DNA of 64,000 bases. Origin: an uncultured Pelagibacteraceae bacterium. GTDB taxonomy: Bacteria > Pseudomonadota > Alphaproteobacteria > Pelagibacterales > AG-422-B15. The notes below the pieces were generated by a model. It had not been told where the DNA came from. It worked only from the letters and a program-made list of their open reading frames with translations, and did no database searches. The position numbers and the translations under genes are program-made. The DNA lies in assembly GCA_902524795.1 (NCBI GenBank), contig CABZEU010000002.1, forward strand, positions 32,023 through 96,022, written 5' to 3'. Numbering within the stretch: position 1 is the first letter of the stretch; every line of letters begins with the position of its first letter. Shown here piece by piece: positions 42,372 to 49,299 of the stretch.

Positions 42372-42802
42372 ATGAATTACTCAAAGAATTATATCAAGAA
42401 ATAATACTCGATCATGGTAAAGAGCCTAGAAATTTTGGAGAATGTGAAATTCACAACAAAAGTGCCCACGGACATAACCCATTGTGTGGAGATAAAGTAA
42501 GTCTTACGCTATTTGTTGATGATGATGATATTATAAAAGATATTAAATTTTCAGGAGAAGGATGTGCGATTTCAGTAGCATCTGCTTCACTTATGACTGA
42601 AAAATTAAAAGGTAAAAAACTGTCCTTTGCAGAAGATATGTTCAAAGATTTCACTGACCTGGTTAAGGGTTCTGAAGAGTCACTTAGCATTATTGATGAA
42701 GATGATTCTCTTTACGCTCTTAAAGGTGTAAAAGATTTTCCTATGAGAGTTAAATGTGCAACCCTTGCTTGGCATACTTTTAAAAATGCTTTGAAAGAAT
42801 AG
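42368..42802 (+). CDS. sufU: SufU/NifU-N-like sulfur-transfer protein
   Basis: 144 aa with three conserved Cys contexts: NPLCGDKV, GEGCAISVASAS and RVKCATLAW. ATGA overlap with sufS. Confidence 0.8.
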   Translation: MNELLKELYQEIILDHGKEPRNFGECEIHNKSAHGHNPLCGDKVSLTLFVDDDDIIKDIKFSGEGCAISVASASLMTEKLKGKKLSFAEDMFKDFTDLVKGSEESLSIIDEDDSLYALKGVKDFPMRVKCATLAWHTFKNALKE

Positions 42803-42805
42803 ATT

Positions 42806-43387
42806 ATGAGATTATATCCTGTGTATATAGCCTTATTACTTCTATTTATTATTTTACAGTTGTTGTATAGTAATAATGCTTTTTCAGAAGTTGATTTAGA
42901 AGGATACGATATGACAAAAGTAAATGTAATTGATACTCCATTTTGGTGTTCCGCAACACCAGAGGAAAGAGCCGAAGCGATAAGCAAGCTAACTGATGAA
43001 CAAAAGGCTATTGCCCTCAATAATGGCACAGAGAGACCTTTTGCAAATGAGTATTGGGATAGCAAAGAGAAAGGTATATATGTAGATATTATTTCTGGAG
43101 AGCCACTATTTTCATCTTTAGATAAATTTGACTCAGGTACAGGATGGCCAAGCTTTGATCGCCCAATCAATGGAACAGAAATCGTTGAAATCGTTGATAA
43201 ATCACTTGGCATGACAAGAACTGAAGTTAGAAGTGAATACGGCGATGCTCATTTAGGTCATTTGTTTAATGATGGGCCAACAGAAACTGGCCTTAGATAT
43301 TGCATTAATTCTGCTTCATTAAAATTTATACCCGTAGATGAACTAGATGAAAATGGTTACGGTGTTTTTGTTAAACTTTTCAATTAG
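42806..43387 (+). CDS. msrB: peptide-methionine (R)-S-oxide reductase MsrB with predicted N-terminal signal peptide
   Basis: [19 protein letters not shown] and [11 protein letters not shown] motifs. The N-terminus [27 protein letters not shown] is signal-like. Starts 3 nt after sufU. Confidence 0.85.
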   Translation: MRLYPVYIALLLLFIILQLLYSNNAFSEVDLEGYDMTKVNVIDTPFWCSATPEERAEAISKLTDEQKAIALNNGTERPFANEYWDSKEKGIYVDIISGEPLFSSLDKFDSGTGWPSFDRPINGTEIVEIVDKSLGMTRTEVRSEYGDAHLGHLFNDGPTETGLRYCINSASLKFIPVDELDENGYGVFVKLFN

Positions 43388-43393
43388 TAATTA

Positions 43394-43702
43394 ATGGAAA
43401 AGTTAGATGATCAAAAAATTATTGACGCTCTTAAGACAGTATTTGACCCTGAAATACCTGTTGATATTTATGAATTGGGTTTGATTTATAAATGTGAAGT
43501 TTCACCAACTAATGACGTTATGATTCATATGACTTTAACTACACCCCATTGTCCTGTCGCAGATGAAATGCCTAAAAAAGTTAAACAAGCAGTAGTCGAT
43601 GTGCCTGGTGTAAACAATGTGAGTGTTGATTTAGTATGGGATCCTCCGTGGGATATGTCACGCATGTCAGAAATCGCTAGACTTGAATTAGATATGATGT
43701 GA
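43394..43702 (+). CDS. sufT: DUF59-type Fe-S assembly protein (SufT-like)
   Basis: 102 aa with ...VFDPEIPVDIYELGLIY... and the TLTTPHCPV motif typical of DUF59/SufT. Confidence 0.8.
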   Translation: MEKLDDQKIIDALKTVFDPEIPVDIYELGLIYKCEVSPTNDVMIHMTLTTPHCPVADEMPKKVKQAVVDVPGVNNVSVDLVWDPPWDMSRMSEIARLELDMM

Positions 43703-43769
43703 GATATCTACTTGAAATACAAAAATACGTATATATTTAGCTAATATTCGTATATATAAATGAGAATAT

Positions 43770-43845
43770 GTGCCCGTAGCTCAGTTGGTAGAGCACTCCC
43801 CTTTTAAGGGAGTTGTCCTCGGTTCGAACCCGAGCGGGCATACCA
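43770..43845 (+). tRNA. tRNA-Lys (anticodon UUU), CCA encoded
   Basis: Hand-folded cloverleaf: acceptor GTGCCCG/CGGGCAT (G1-U72 wobble), D arm GCTC-AGTTGGTA-GAGC, anticodon arm CTCCC-CTTTTAA-GGGAG, variable loop TTGTC, T arm CTCGG-TTCGAAC-CCGAG, discriminator A, CCA. 76 nt. Confidence 0.95.
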
Positions 43846-43883
43846 AATAAATTGCTACTCAATAAATAAAACAAATTTTGAAT

Positions 43884-44039
43884 ATGAAATTTTATGAAAA
43901 ATTAGGTCCGTACCAGAAAAAAGAAGATCTTGAAAAAAAGAAAGACATTAATCCTAACGTAGCAAGAAACTGGGTTATCACCTGGTACTCAATTGTTGCA
44001 GCATCAATTATATTATATTTTGTTATAAGTAACATCTAA
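43884..44039 (+). CDS. hypothetical small membrane protein (51 aa, below the track cutoff)
   Basis: MKFYEKLGPYQKKEDLEKKKDINPNVARNWVITWYSIVAASIILYFVISNI has a charged N-terminus and one C-terminal TM helix. Its stop lies 2 nt before the next ATG. Confidence 0.35.
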   Translation: MKFYEKLGPYQKKEDLEKKKDINPNVARNWVITWYSIVAASIILYFVISNI

Positions 44040-44041
44040 CG

Positions 44042-44668
44042 ATGTGGTTGCTTGATTGTGGATTAGATAGCGTTGAGTGGAGAAGAGTAATTGTAGTTTA
44101 TTCATCTGCCCTAGCTCCTTTAATTCTAGCGGCTTATTTAATTTACAAAAAACAAATGAAAACGTGGATAATGTTTACTCTTTTGTCTTCATTTTTAATT
44201 GCTGCTTTTGGATGGGAATTATGGGTAAATTACGGTATCTTAAATGGTGACGAGGTTACACTTAGGCGCTCAGAAGCACTTAGCTGTGCGATACCTTTGC
44301 ATGCTAACTGGCTAGTAAACTCCCTAGCCGATACAGGAATAGTTTGGTTCGCAATTATATTGGTATACTGGCTATTGCCGAAGAGAGCAGAAAATTATGA
44401 AGAGTTTAGTTACATATTTTTTACTGTCTTTTTTGTATGGTTCATGGGGCAAAATTTTATAGTTGAGACAATCATTTATCACAATCAAGTAGGAGGGGAC
44501 GCCCTGTTATCTTGGGCACCGTTAATGCCGTTAGGATCATTTTTCAATCCAACACTAATGTCATTTGGCGAGCGTGAAATTACATTACAATCTCAATCCG
44601 CATGGTTAATTGGTACACCTCTATTTTATTTCATATCAATTTATTTTTATAAAAAGCATGGTAAGTAG
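44042..44668 (+). CDS. hypothetical polytopic membrane protein
   Basis: 208 aa with about 5-6 hydrophobic helices, rich in Trp and Phe. No motif I recognise. Confidence 0.6.
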   Translation: MWLLDCGLDSVEWRRVIVVYSSALAPLILAAYLIYKKQMKTWIMFTLLSSFLIAAFGWELWVNYGILNGDEVTLRRSEALSCAIPLHANWLVNSLADTGIVWFAIILVYWLLPKRAENYEEFSYIFFTVFFVWFMGQNFIVETIIYHNQVGGDALLSWAPLMPLGSFFNPTLMSFGEREITLQSQSAWLIGTPLFYFISIYFYKKHGK

Positions 44669-44679
44669 TATAATTACTT

Positions 44680-44853
44680 ATGATTCTTACAGATTGTATG
44701 TGGTGCAGCAAACAAGTTAATCCCATTGAGGTTCACGGTCATTATCAGTGTCCAAATTGCAAAATTAATATTGACCCTTGTTGTTCTGGTGAACAACAAA
44801 ACACATATGATGTAACAATTCCTTCATGCAACACTAAAAGGTACAACGACTGA
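44680..44853 (+). CDS. hypothetical Cys-rich zinc-ribbon protein (57 aa, below the track cutoff)
   Basis: MILTDCMWCSKQVNPIEVHGHYQCPNCKINIDPCCSGEQQ... has CxxC-x13-CxxC plus CC. Starts 11 nt after the preceding ORF. Confidence 0.4.
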   Translation: MILTDCMWCSKQVNPIEVHGHYQCPNCKINIDPCCSGEQQNTYDVTIPSCNTKRYND

Positions 44854-44988
44854 ATTTAAATTAGAAAATATACAAAAACGCTAGAAGAACTAAAAAAATC
44901 ATCAAAGCCATCATAGGAAATGTTAAAATTCTATACAGTATTTGCATAAACTGTTTAAAATTAAATTGTTCCATATAAGTTACGTCAA

Positions 44989-45849
44989 TTAATCTAACTT
45001 AATCTCTCCGTCATTATCATTTACAAAGAAATCTGGAAATGGCTCAGCATCTGGCGTTGCTAAATATTCTGATAAATCAGACTTACCTGAGTGTATTAAT
45101 GTGCTGTCATCGACACACATATTTCCTGTAAACTTTTTAGATTCTTGAGTTAAAATAATATAAGCAGCGTCGCCCATAATAGCTGGAGTTCTGCACTTAC
45201 TTTTACCCTGATCATCCATTGATGCAGCTAATATATTATTTACAGCAGCAGTATCGATCATAGTTCTGGGCCATAGTGAATTTACTGCAATACCAGCAGA
45301 CTTTAATTCTTCTGACATGCCAAGAGTGCACATACTCATACCGTATTTTGCCATTGTATATGCAACATGCGGACTGAACCATTGACTTTGCATATTTAAT
45401 GGTGGACCTAGATTTAATATATGAGGGTTATTTCCTTTTTTTAAGTGTGGAATACATGATTTTGAAACCAAAAAGGTTCCACGTGTATTAATATTATGCA
45501 TCAAATCATACTTTTTCATGTCTGTGTTTAAAGTTGGCGTAAGGCTAATAGCGCTTGCATTGTTAATACAGATATCAATTCCACCAAAAGTCTCTACTGT
45601 TTTATCTACTGCAGCAACAACTTGATCTTCAAATCTAATATCAGTTTTTATTCCAATTGCATTACCACCTGCTTTAATGAGATCCTCAGCTGCTGTATGA
45701 ATAGTTCCAGGTAATTTTGGATGAGGTTCAGTTGTTTTTGCAATTATTGCGATGTTAGCCCCATCTTTGGCAGCACGTTCTGCAATTGAGTAACCTATTC
45801 CTCTGGTTGCGCCAGTAATAAATAGTGTTTTTCCTTTGAGATCGGTCAT
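44989..45849 (-). CDS. short-chain dehydrogenase/reductase family oxidoreductase
   Basis: 286 aa with ITGATRGIG, NNAS and Y-x3-K (YTMAK). AAGGAG SD at 45855..45860 on the minus strand. Confidence 0.85.
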   Translation of the reverse strand: MTDLKGKTLFITGATRGIGYSIAERAAKDGANIAIIAKTTEPHPKLPGTIHTAAEDLIKAGGNAIGIKTDIRFEDQVVAAVDKTVETFGGIDICINNASAISLTPTLNTDMKKYDLMHNINTRGTFLVSKSCIPHLKKGNNPHILNLGPPLNMQSQWFSPHVAYTMAKYGMSMCTLGMSEELKSAGIAVNSLWPRTMIDTAAVNNILAASMDDQGKSKCRTPAIMGDAAYIILTQESKKFTGNMCVDDSTLIHSGKSDLSEYLATPDAEPFPDFFVNDNDGEIKLD

Positions 45850-45933
45850 AAAAGCTCCTTAATAAAGGTATAAAAATTTGTCATAAAAGTTTCACTAAGA
45901 TAGTTCATAATAATTTTATTTAAAGGAGTAATT

Positions 45934-46260
45934 ATGGCTAAATTTTATATGATGGCGAAATATACCCCAGAAGCTCTTAAGGGATTTTTAAGTAAGCCTA
46001 CAGACGACAGAAAGGCAGCTGTGACCAAGCTTGTTGAGTCGGTTGGCGGCAACTTAATGTCTTTTGATATAGTTAGGGGGGACTACGATTTAGTGATGGT
46101 TGTGGATGCCATTGATTTTAATTCAGCTGCTGGTGCAAAAATTGCAGTTCAATCTACAGGTATGGCAACGGATGCAGTCATACTAGAAGCAGTCGATATG
46201 ACTGAGATTGTTTCTAAAGCAGGGACAGCACTTGGCAGCTATTCTAAACCAGGAGGTTAA
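45934..46260 (+). CDS. GYD-domain-like small protein
   Basis: 108 aa. MAKFYMMAKYTPEALKG... and ...RGDYDLVMVVD... resemble the GYD family. AAGGAG at 45923..45928. Confidence 0.6.
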   Translation: MAKFYMMAKYTPEALKGFLSKPTDDRKAAVTKLVESVGGNLMSFDIVRGDYDLVMVVDAIDFNSAAGAKIAVQSTGMATDAVILEAVDMTEIVSKAGTALGSYSKPGG

Positions 46261-46261
46261 T

Positions 46262-46642
46262 ATGGACGCAAAAGAAGTAGTACAAAGAGGTTATGATTTA
46301 TTTGGCTCGGGGGATATGGAAACATTCTTTGGCGAAGTGGTTCATAACGATATAACGTGGACTTTCCCAGGAGAAGTAGGAAAGCACCCATTAGCGGGTG
46401 TGCATAAAGGCAAAGAAAATTTTATCGCTAATATGACAAAAATCCCAGAGTATTGGAATAATTTTATGGTCACACCTCAAGCAATGATTAGTGAGGGCAA
46501 TAAAGTCTTTGTTTTAGTGAAAGGAACTGCCGAAGGAATGGATACAATGTTTGGTCATTACTTTGAAGTTGAAGACAATCAAATGAAAGTCATGATGACT
46601 TTTGATGATACTTTGACTGCCTATGACGCAATGATTAAGTAA
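46262..46642 (+). CDS. SnoaL/NTF2-like small protein
   Basis: 126 aa. MDAKEVVQRGYDLFGSGDMETFF...DITWTFPG... has the usual SnoaL-like pattern. AGGAGG at 46251..46256. The track start 46208 lies inside the previous gene. Confidence 0.65.
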   Translation: MDAKEVVQRGYDLFGSGDMETFFGEVVHNDITWTFPGEVGKHPLAGVHKGKENFIANMTKIPEYWNNFMVTPQAMISEGNKVFVLVKGTAEGMDTMFGHYFEVEDNQMKVMMTFDDTLTAYDAMIK

Positions 46643-46662
46643 ATTTAAATAAAGGAGAATTT

Positions 46663-47013
46663 ATGAGTAACGTTGAAGTAAAAAGCTTTAGCAATGCCGA
46701 TGAAGTTAATAATAATTTTAATAATGCAAAAATTGAAGCTGTGAATGTCGGTGGCCAGCGAATTATGAAATTATCACTTGAACCAGGATGGAAGTGGTCA
46801 AATGATATCAAGCCAACGGTTGGAACGGATAGCTGCCAAGCTACACATCTTGGCGTTATTGTAAGTGGAACAGTTGCAGTAAAGCACAATGATGGAACGG
46901 AAATGAGTTACTCTGCGGGTGATGCATATTCTATTGCGCCTGGACACGATGGATGGGTTGTTGGCAATGATCCTGCTGTAGTATATGAATTTGCAGGTAA
47001 ATGGGGAGAATAA
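46663..47013 (+). CDS. cupin-domain small protein
   Basis: 116 aa. ...ATHLGVIVSGTVAVKHNDGTEMSYSAGDAYSIAPGHDGWV... has a cupin beta-barrel pattern. AAGGAG at 46652..46657. Confidence 0.65.
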   Translation: MSNVEVKSFSNADEVNNNFNNAKIEAVNVGGQRIMKLSLEPGWKWSNDIKPTVGTDSCQATHLGVIVSGTVAVKHNDGTEMSYSAGDAYSIAPGHDGWVVGNDPAVVYEFAGKWGE

Positions 47014-47015
47014 TT

Positions 47016-47393
47016 ATGACAACAAATAAATCACAATATACCATAACTACCCAATGGATTATTCCAGAAGATAAAAAATCAGAAGTTGAAAGTTTCTTTG
47101 CTGAGCATGAAGTGTGGATGAGAGAAACTCATAATCTTTCTGGAGACGAAGAGCCACGGATTGTTGATTATTCTGTTTCTAAGGCACCTCAATACATTGA
47201 TAATGACTTAGAAAAAGGTCCTTCAGGAAAAACAATTTATTCTTTGCACGAAGTATATGTGACTGAGCAAGGAGGCATGAAACATGTTGAACTATGGCAA
47301 TCACATCCTGCCGCAGAAAAGATGGCAAGCATGGCTGAATATCAAACGGAAATGTCATTTAATGCAGAAGTAATTGCATCAATGGAATCATAA
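47016..47393 (+). CDS. hypothetical small protein, possibly ferredoxin-like alpha+beta barrel
   Basis: 125 aa from the ATG at 47016 (GGAG at 47005..47008). A beta-alpha-beta-like pattern (ITTQWIIPEDKKSEVESFFAEHEVWM...). No named motif. Confidence 0.55.
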   Translation: MTTNKSQYTITTQWIIPEDKKSEVESFFAEHEVWMRETHNLSGDEEPRIVDYSVSKAPQYIDNDLEKGPSGKTIYSLHEVYVTEQGGMKHVELWQSHPAAEKMASMAEYQTEMSFNAEVIASMES

Positions 47394-47408
47394 GGAGTAA
47401 ATTAAAAT

Positions 47409-47702
47409 ATGTATGTAATGTTAACTCAAAAGCTATCAAAAGGCTTTAAATCTTGGAAAGCAATGGCAGAAGCTAATGCAGAAAAAATAAAAGGCTTTAA
47501 AGGAAAAGTACTTTATGCAGGAGCTCACGCAGATGATGACAATTCTATGGTTGTTATCATGCATTATGAGAGCAAGGACGGTTTAATGGCTTTTAAAAAT
47601 GATGAAGAACTTACAAAAGCTCGTCAAGAAGCTGGGGCTCTAACAGAGACAACGGTAATGACAATTTTGTCAGACGATGCGCTAACGGACTTTCCTAATT
47701 AA
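47409..47702 (+). CDS. hypothetical small protein, ABM/Dabb-like alpha+beta barrel by pattern
   Basis: 97 aa. ...VVIMHYESKDGLMAFKNDEELTKARQEAG... resembles the monooxygenase/stress-barrel fold pattern. AAGGAG at 47392..47397. Confidence 0.55.
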   Translation: MYVMLTQKLSKGFKSWKAMAEANAEKIKGFKGKVLYAGAHADDDNSMVVIMHYESKDGLMAFKNDEELTKARQEAGALTETTVMTILSDDALTDFPN

Positions 47703-47709
47703 TCAAATT

Positions 47710-47937
47710 CTAACTGGCTGTAATCCGATACGAAGTGTCTTCATTGCAGCCAGTCCCTATTGATTTTCCAAAATTAACGATTTCTTGTTCAGAATACTTT
47801 TCTTTATCTAAATTATCTAAAACAATCATATTTTGATCAATGCATGTTTTGTGTGGAGATGGAAAAAGTGTTGTAAAAAAAATTGCAAAAAAAAACAAAA
47901 AAAATGCCGCAGGAACCATGCCGTATCGATTTATCAT
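47710..47937 (-). CDS. hypothetical small exported/membrane protein with two Cys
   Basis: 75 aa with a hydrophobic N-terminus (VPAAFFLFFFAIFFTTLF). ATGA overlap with the upstream DUF1192-like gene suggests it is translated. Confidence 0.45.
   Translation of the reverse strand: MINRYGMVPAAFFLFFFAIFFTTLFPSPHKTCIDQNMIVLDNLDKEKYSEQEIVNFGKSIGTGCNEDTSYRITAS
47713..47754. terminator. 12-bp stem-loop between convergent units (possible bidirectional terminator)
   Basis: ACTGGCTGTAAT (47713..47724) pairs with ATTGCAGCCAGT (47743..47754), with one G-U pair and an 18-nt loop. It starts 11 nt after the 47702 stop. The trailing sequence is only modestly U-rich, and it overlaps the 3' end of ORF 47710..47937. 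Confidence 0.3.
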
Positions 47938-48131
47938 TTTTTGAATAATTCCTCGGCGTTAAGTCGATCTTTACCTTTTGATGAAATATACTGCCGTGCT
48001 TTTTCAATTTCCTTTTCGAGTTCTGAAATATATTCATTTAATTCCACAATACTCAAGGTATCGAAATCAACTTCTTTGGGCTTAATAACTGGCTCTAATT
48101 CATCAGTATCCATACAATAGAAGTGTTCCAT
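47934..48131 (-). CDS. DUF1192-like coiled-coil protein
   Basis: ...LSIVELNEYISELEKEIEKARQYISSK...A..LF matches the DUF1192 pattern common in alphaproteobacteria. ATG at 48131 preferred over TTG at 48140. Confidence 0.6.
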   Translation of the reverse strand: MEHFYCMDTDELEPVIKPKEVDFDTLSIVELNEYISELEKEIEKARQYISSKGKDRLNAEELFKK

Positions 48132-48155
48132 TTTTTTCAAGAGTTGTTAAGATAA

Positions 48156-49259
48156 ATGATGGCTAATGAGGTCAAATTTTTTGACAACCGACAGAGATAT
48201 CTTTTGTTTGTTACAACAACAAACGAAAAGGCTATTATTTCAGAAAAGCTATCGCACCTAATTAATGAATTGAAACCTTCAAAACCAGCTTTAAAAATAT
48301 TTGATGCTGGTGTTGGAGATGGGGCAGTGTTAATGAATGTGTTACGTATTTGTCATCAGAAATTTCCAACTATCCCTATCTATGTATCTTGCAAGGACGT
48401 AAGTATGGAAGATGCTAGACTTACAATTGAAAAACTAGCAGACCGTTTTGTTGAACATCCAAATATGGTTTTTACGATTTCAAATTTACATTACTCAGAG
48501 GCTGGCTATTTAAAGTCTAATAATGCTGATAAGCAGAAGAATATGAACTGGAGCAATATTTCTCTTGAAGGAAATTCATCATTTGGTTTTTATCAGCAAT
48601 TGAGACAACTTGGTCCTCTGCTTAAGGAAAATTGGAGAGTTGAAGAAAATAAAGCTGGAAACACAACATATGAAAAACCATCAGTTTTGACTATTTATAG
48701 AAAAGACCAAGAATTTTCTCTAGAGCAGGTAATTCCAAATATTGAAAACTCAATTAATGAGTTTGATTTAGTCATTGTATCTCAAGCATATCGGTCACGT
48801 GCTTCAGTAGAAAAAAAAGTTAAGTCAGTGATTATGCCAATGACCGATATCCTTGCGCCAAATGGAAAATTAGCAGTTTTTCATTCTTATGGTGGAGATC
48901 CAGGAATGAAAGCAATCAATGAGTTGTGGCCAGAGGAAGAACCATTTCCCAATAAAGGACATGATATAATTCAATACATGAAAAATAATTTGAACGATCA
49001 AGTAAAAAACCCAATCAAGTTTAGAGATCCTGAAATCTTTCAATATAAATTAAGGTCTCAGCCAAATGAAATAAATAGTGGCATTTCAACATCTTTAGTA
49101 TTTTCTGCGTGGAATGCTTGTACTTATGTTGCTCAAATAAGTGATCAGATGGTAAAAGAAAAAGAAGCAGATCAAAGCTATATTGAGTGTGTAGAAAAAG
49201 TAATTCGTGATAATGATGGGCTCTGGTTTTACGATGAAATGCTTATTGCTGAACGTTAA
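48156..49259 (+). CDS. hypothetical protein with class I SAM-methyltransferase-like motif I
   Basis: 367 aa. LKIFDAGVGDGAVLMNVL resembles the DxGxGxG SAM-binding loop. The rest is unrecognised. Confidence 0.35.
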   Translation: MMANEVKFFDNRQRYLLFVTTTNEKAIISEKLSHLINELKPSKPALKIFDAGVGDGAVLMNVLRICHQKFPTIPIYVSCKDVSMEDARLTIEKLADRFVEHPNMVFTISNLHYSEAGYLKSNNADKQKNMNWSNISLEGNSSFGFYQQLRQLGPLLKENWRVEENKAGNTTYEKPSVLTIYRKDQEFSLEQVIPNIENSINEFDLVIVSQAYRSRASVEKKVKSVIMPMTDILAPNGKLAVFHSYGGDPGMKAINELWPEEEPFPNKGHDIIQYMKNNLNDQVKNPIKFRDPEIFQYKLRSQPNEINSGISTSLVFSAWNACTYVAQISDQMVKEKEADQSYIECVEKVIRDNDGLWFYDEMLIAER

Positions 49260-49299
49260 TATTCATTGAATTTTTAGTTTTTAATTTATATCTACTAGT

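Noticed and set aside
43846-44041. Classical tRNA-integrated island (integrase plus a direct repeat of the tRNA 3' end).
   Set aside because: There is no integrase or recombinase ORF anywhere in the window. Scanning the downstream intergenic regions by eye, I found no copy of the tRNA 3' segment (TTCGAACCCGAGCGGGCA). A computational repeat search would be needed to exclude short att remnants.
45934-47702. Integron-like gene cassette array (five small co-oriented ORFs).
   Set aside because: The spacers are only 1-20 nt, too short for attC sites. I saw no RYYYAAC/GTTRRRY core pairs and no intI gene. Operon organisation explains it better.
44989-47702. Elevated GC as evidence of horizontal transfer of the small-protein region.
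   Set aside because: My hand counts of single 60-nt lines gave about 43-47% GC here versus about 30% in lptD. But conserved core genes (fabF about 48%, sufB and nrdJ about 38% in sampled lines) are similarly elevated. GC tracks protein conservation and composition here and is not diagnostic without a proper sliding-window or codon-usage analysis.
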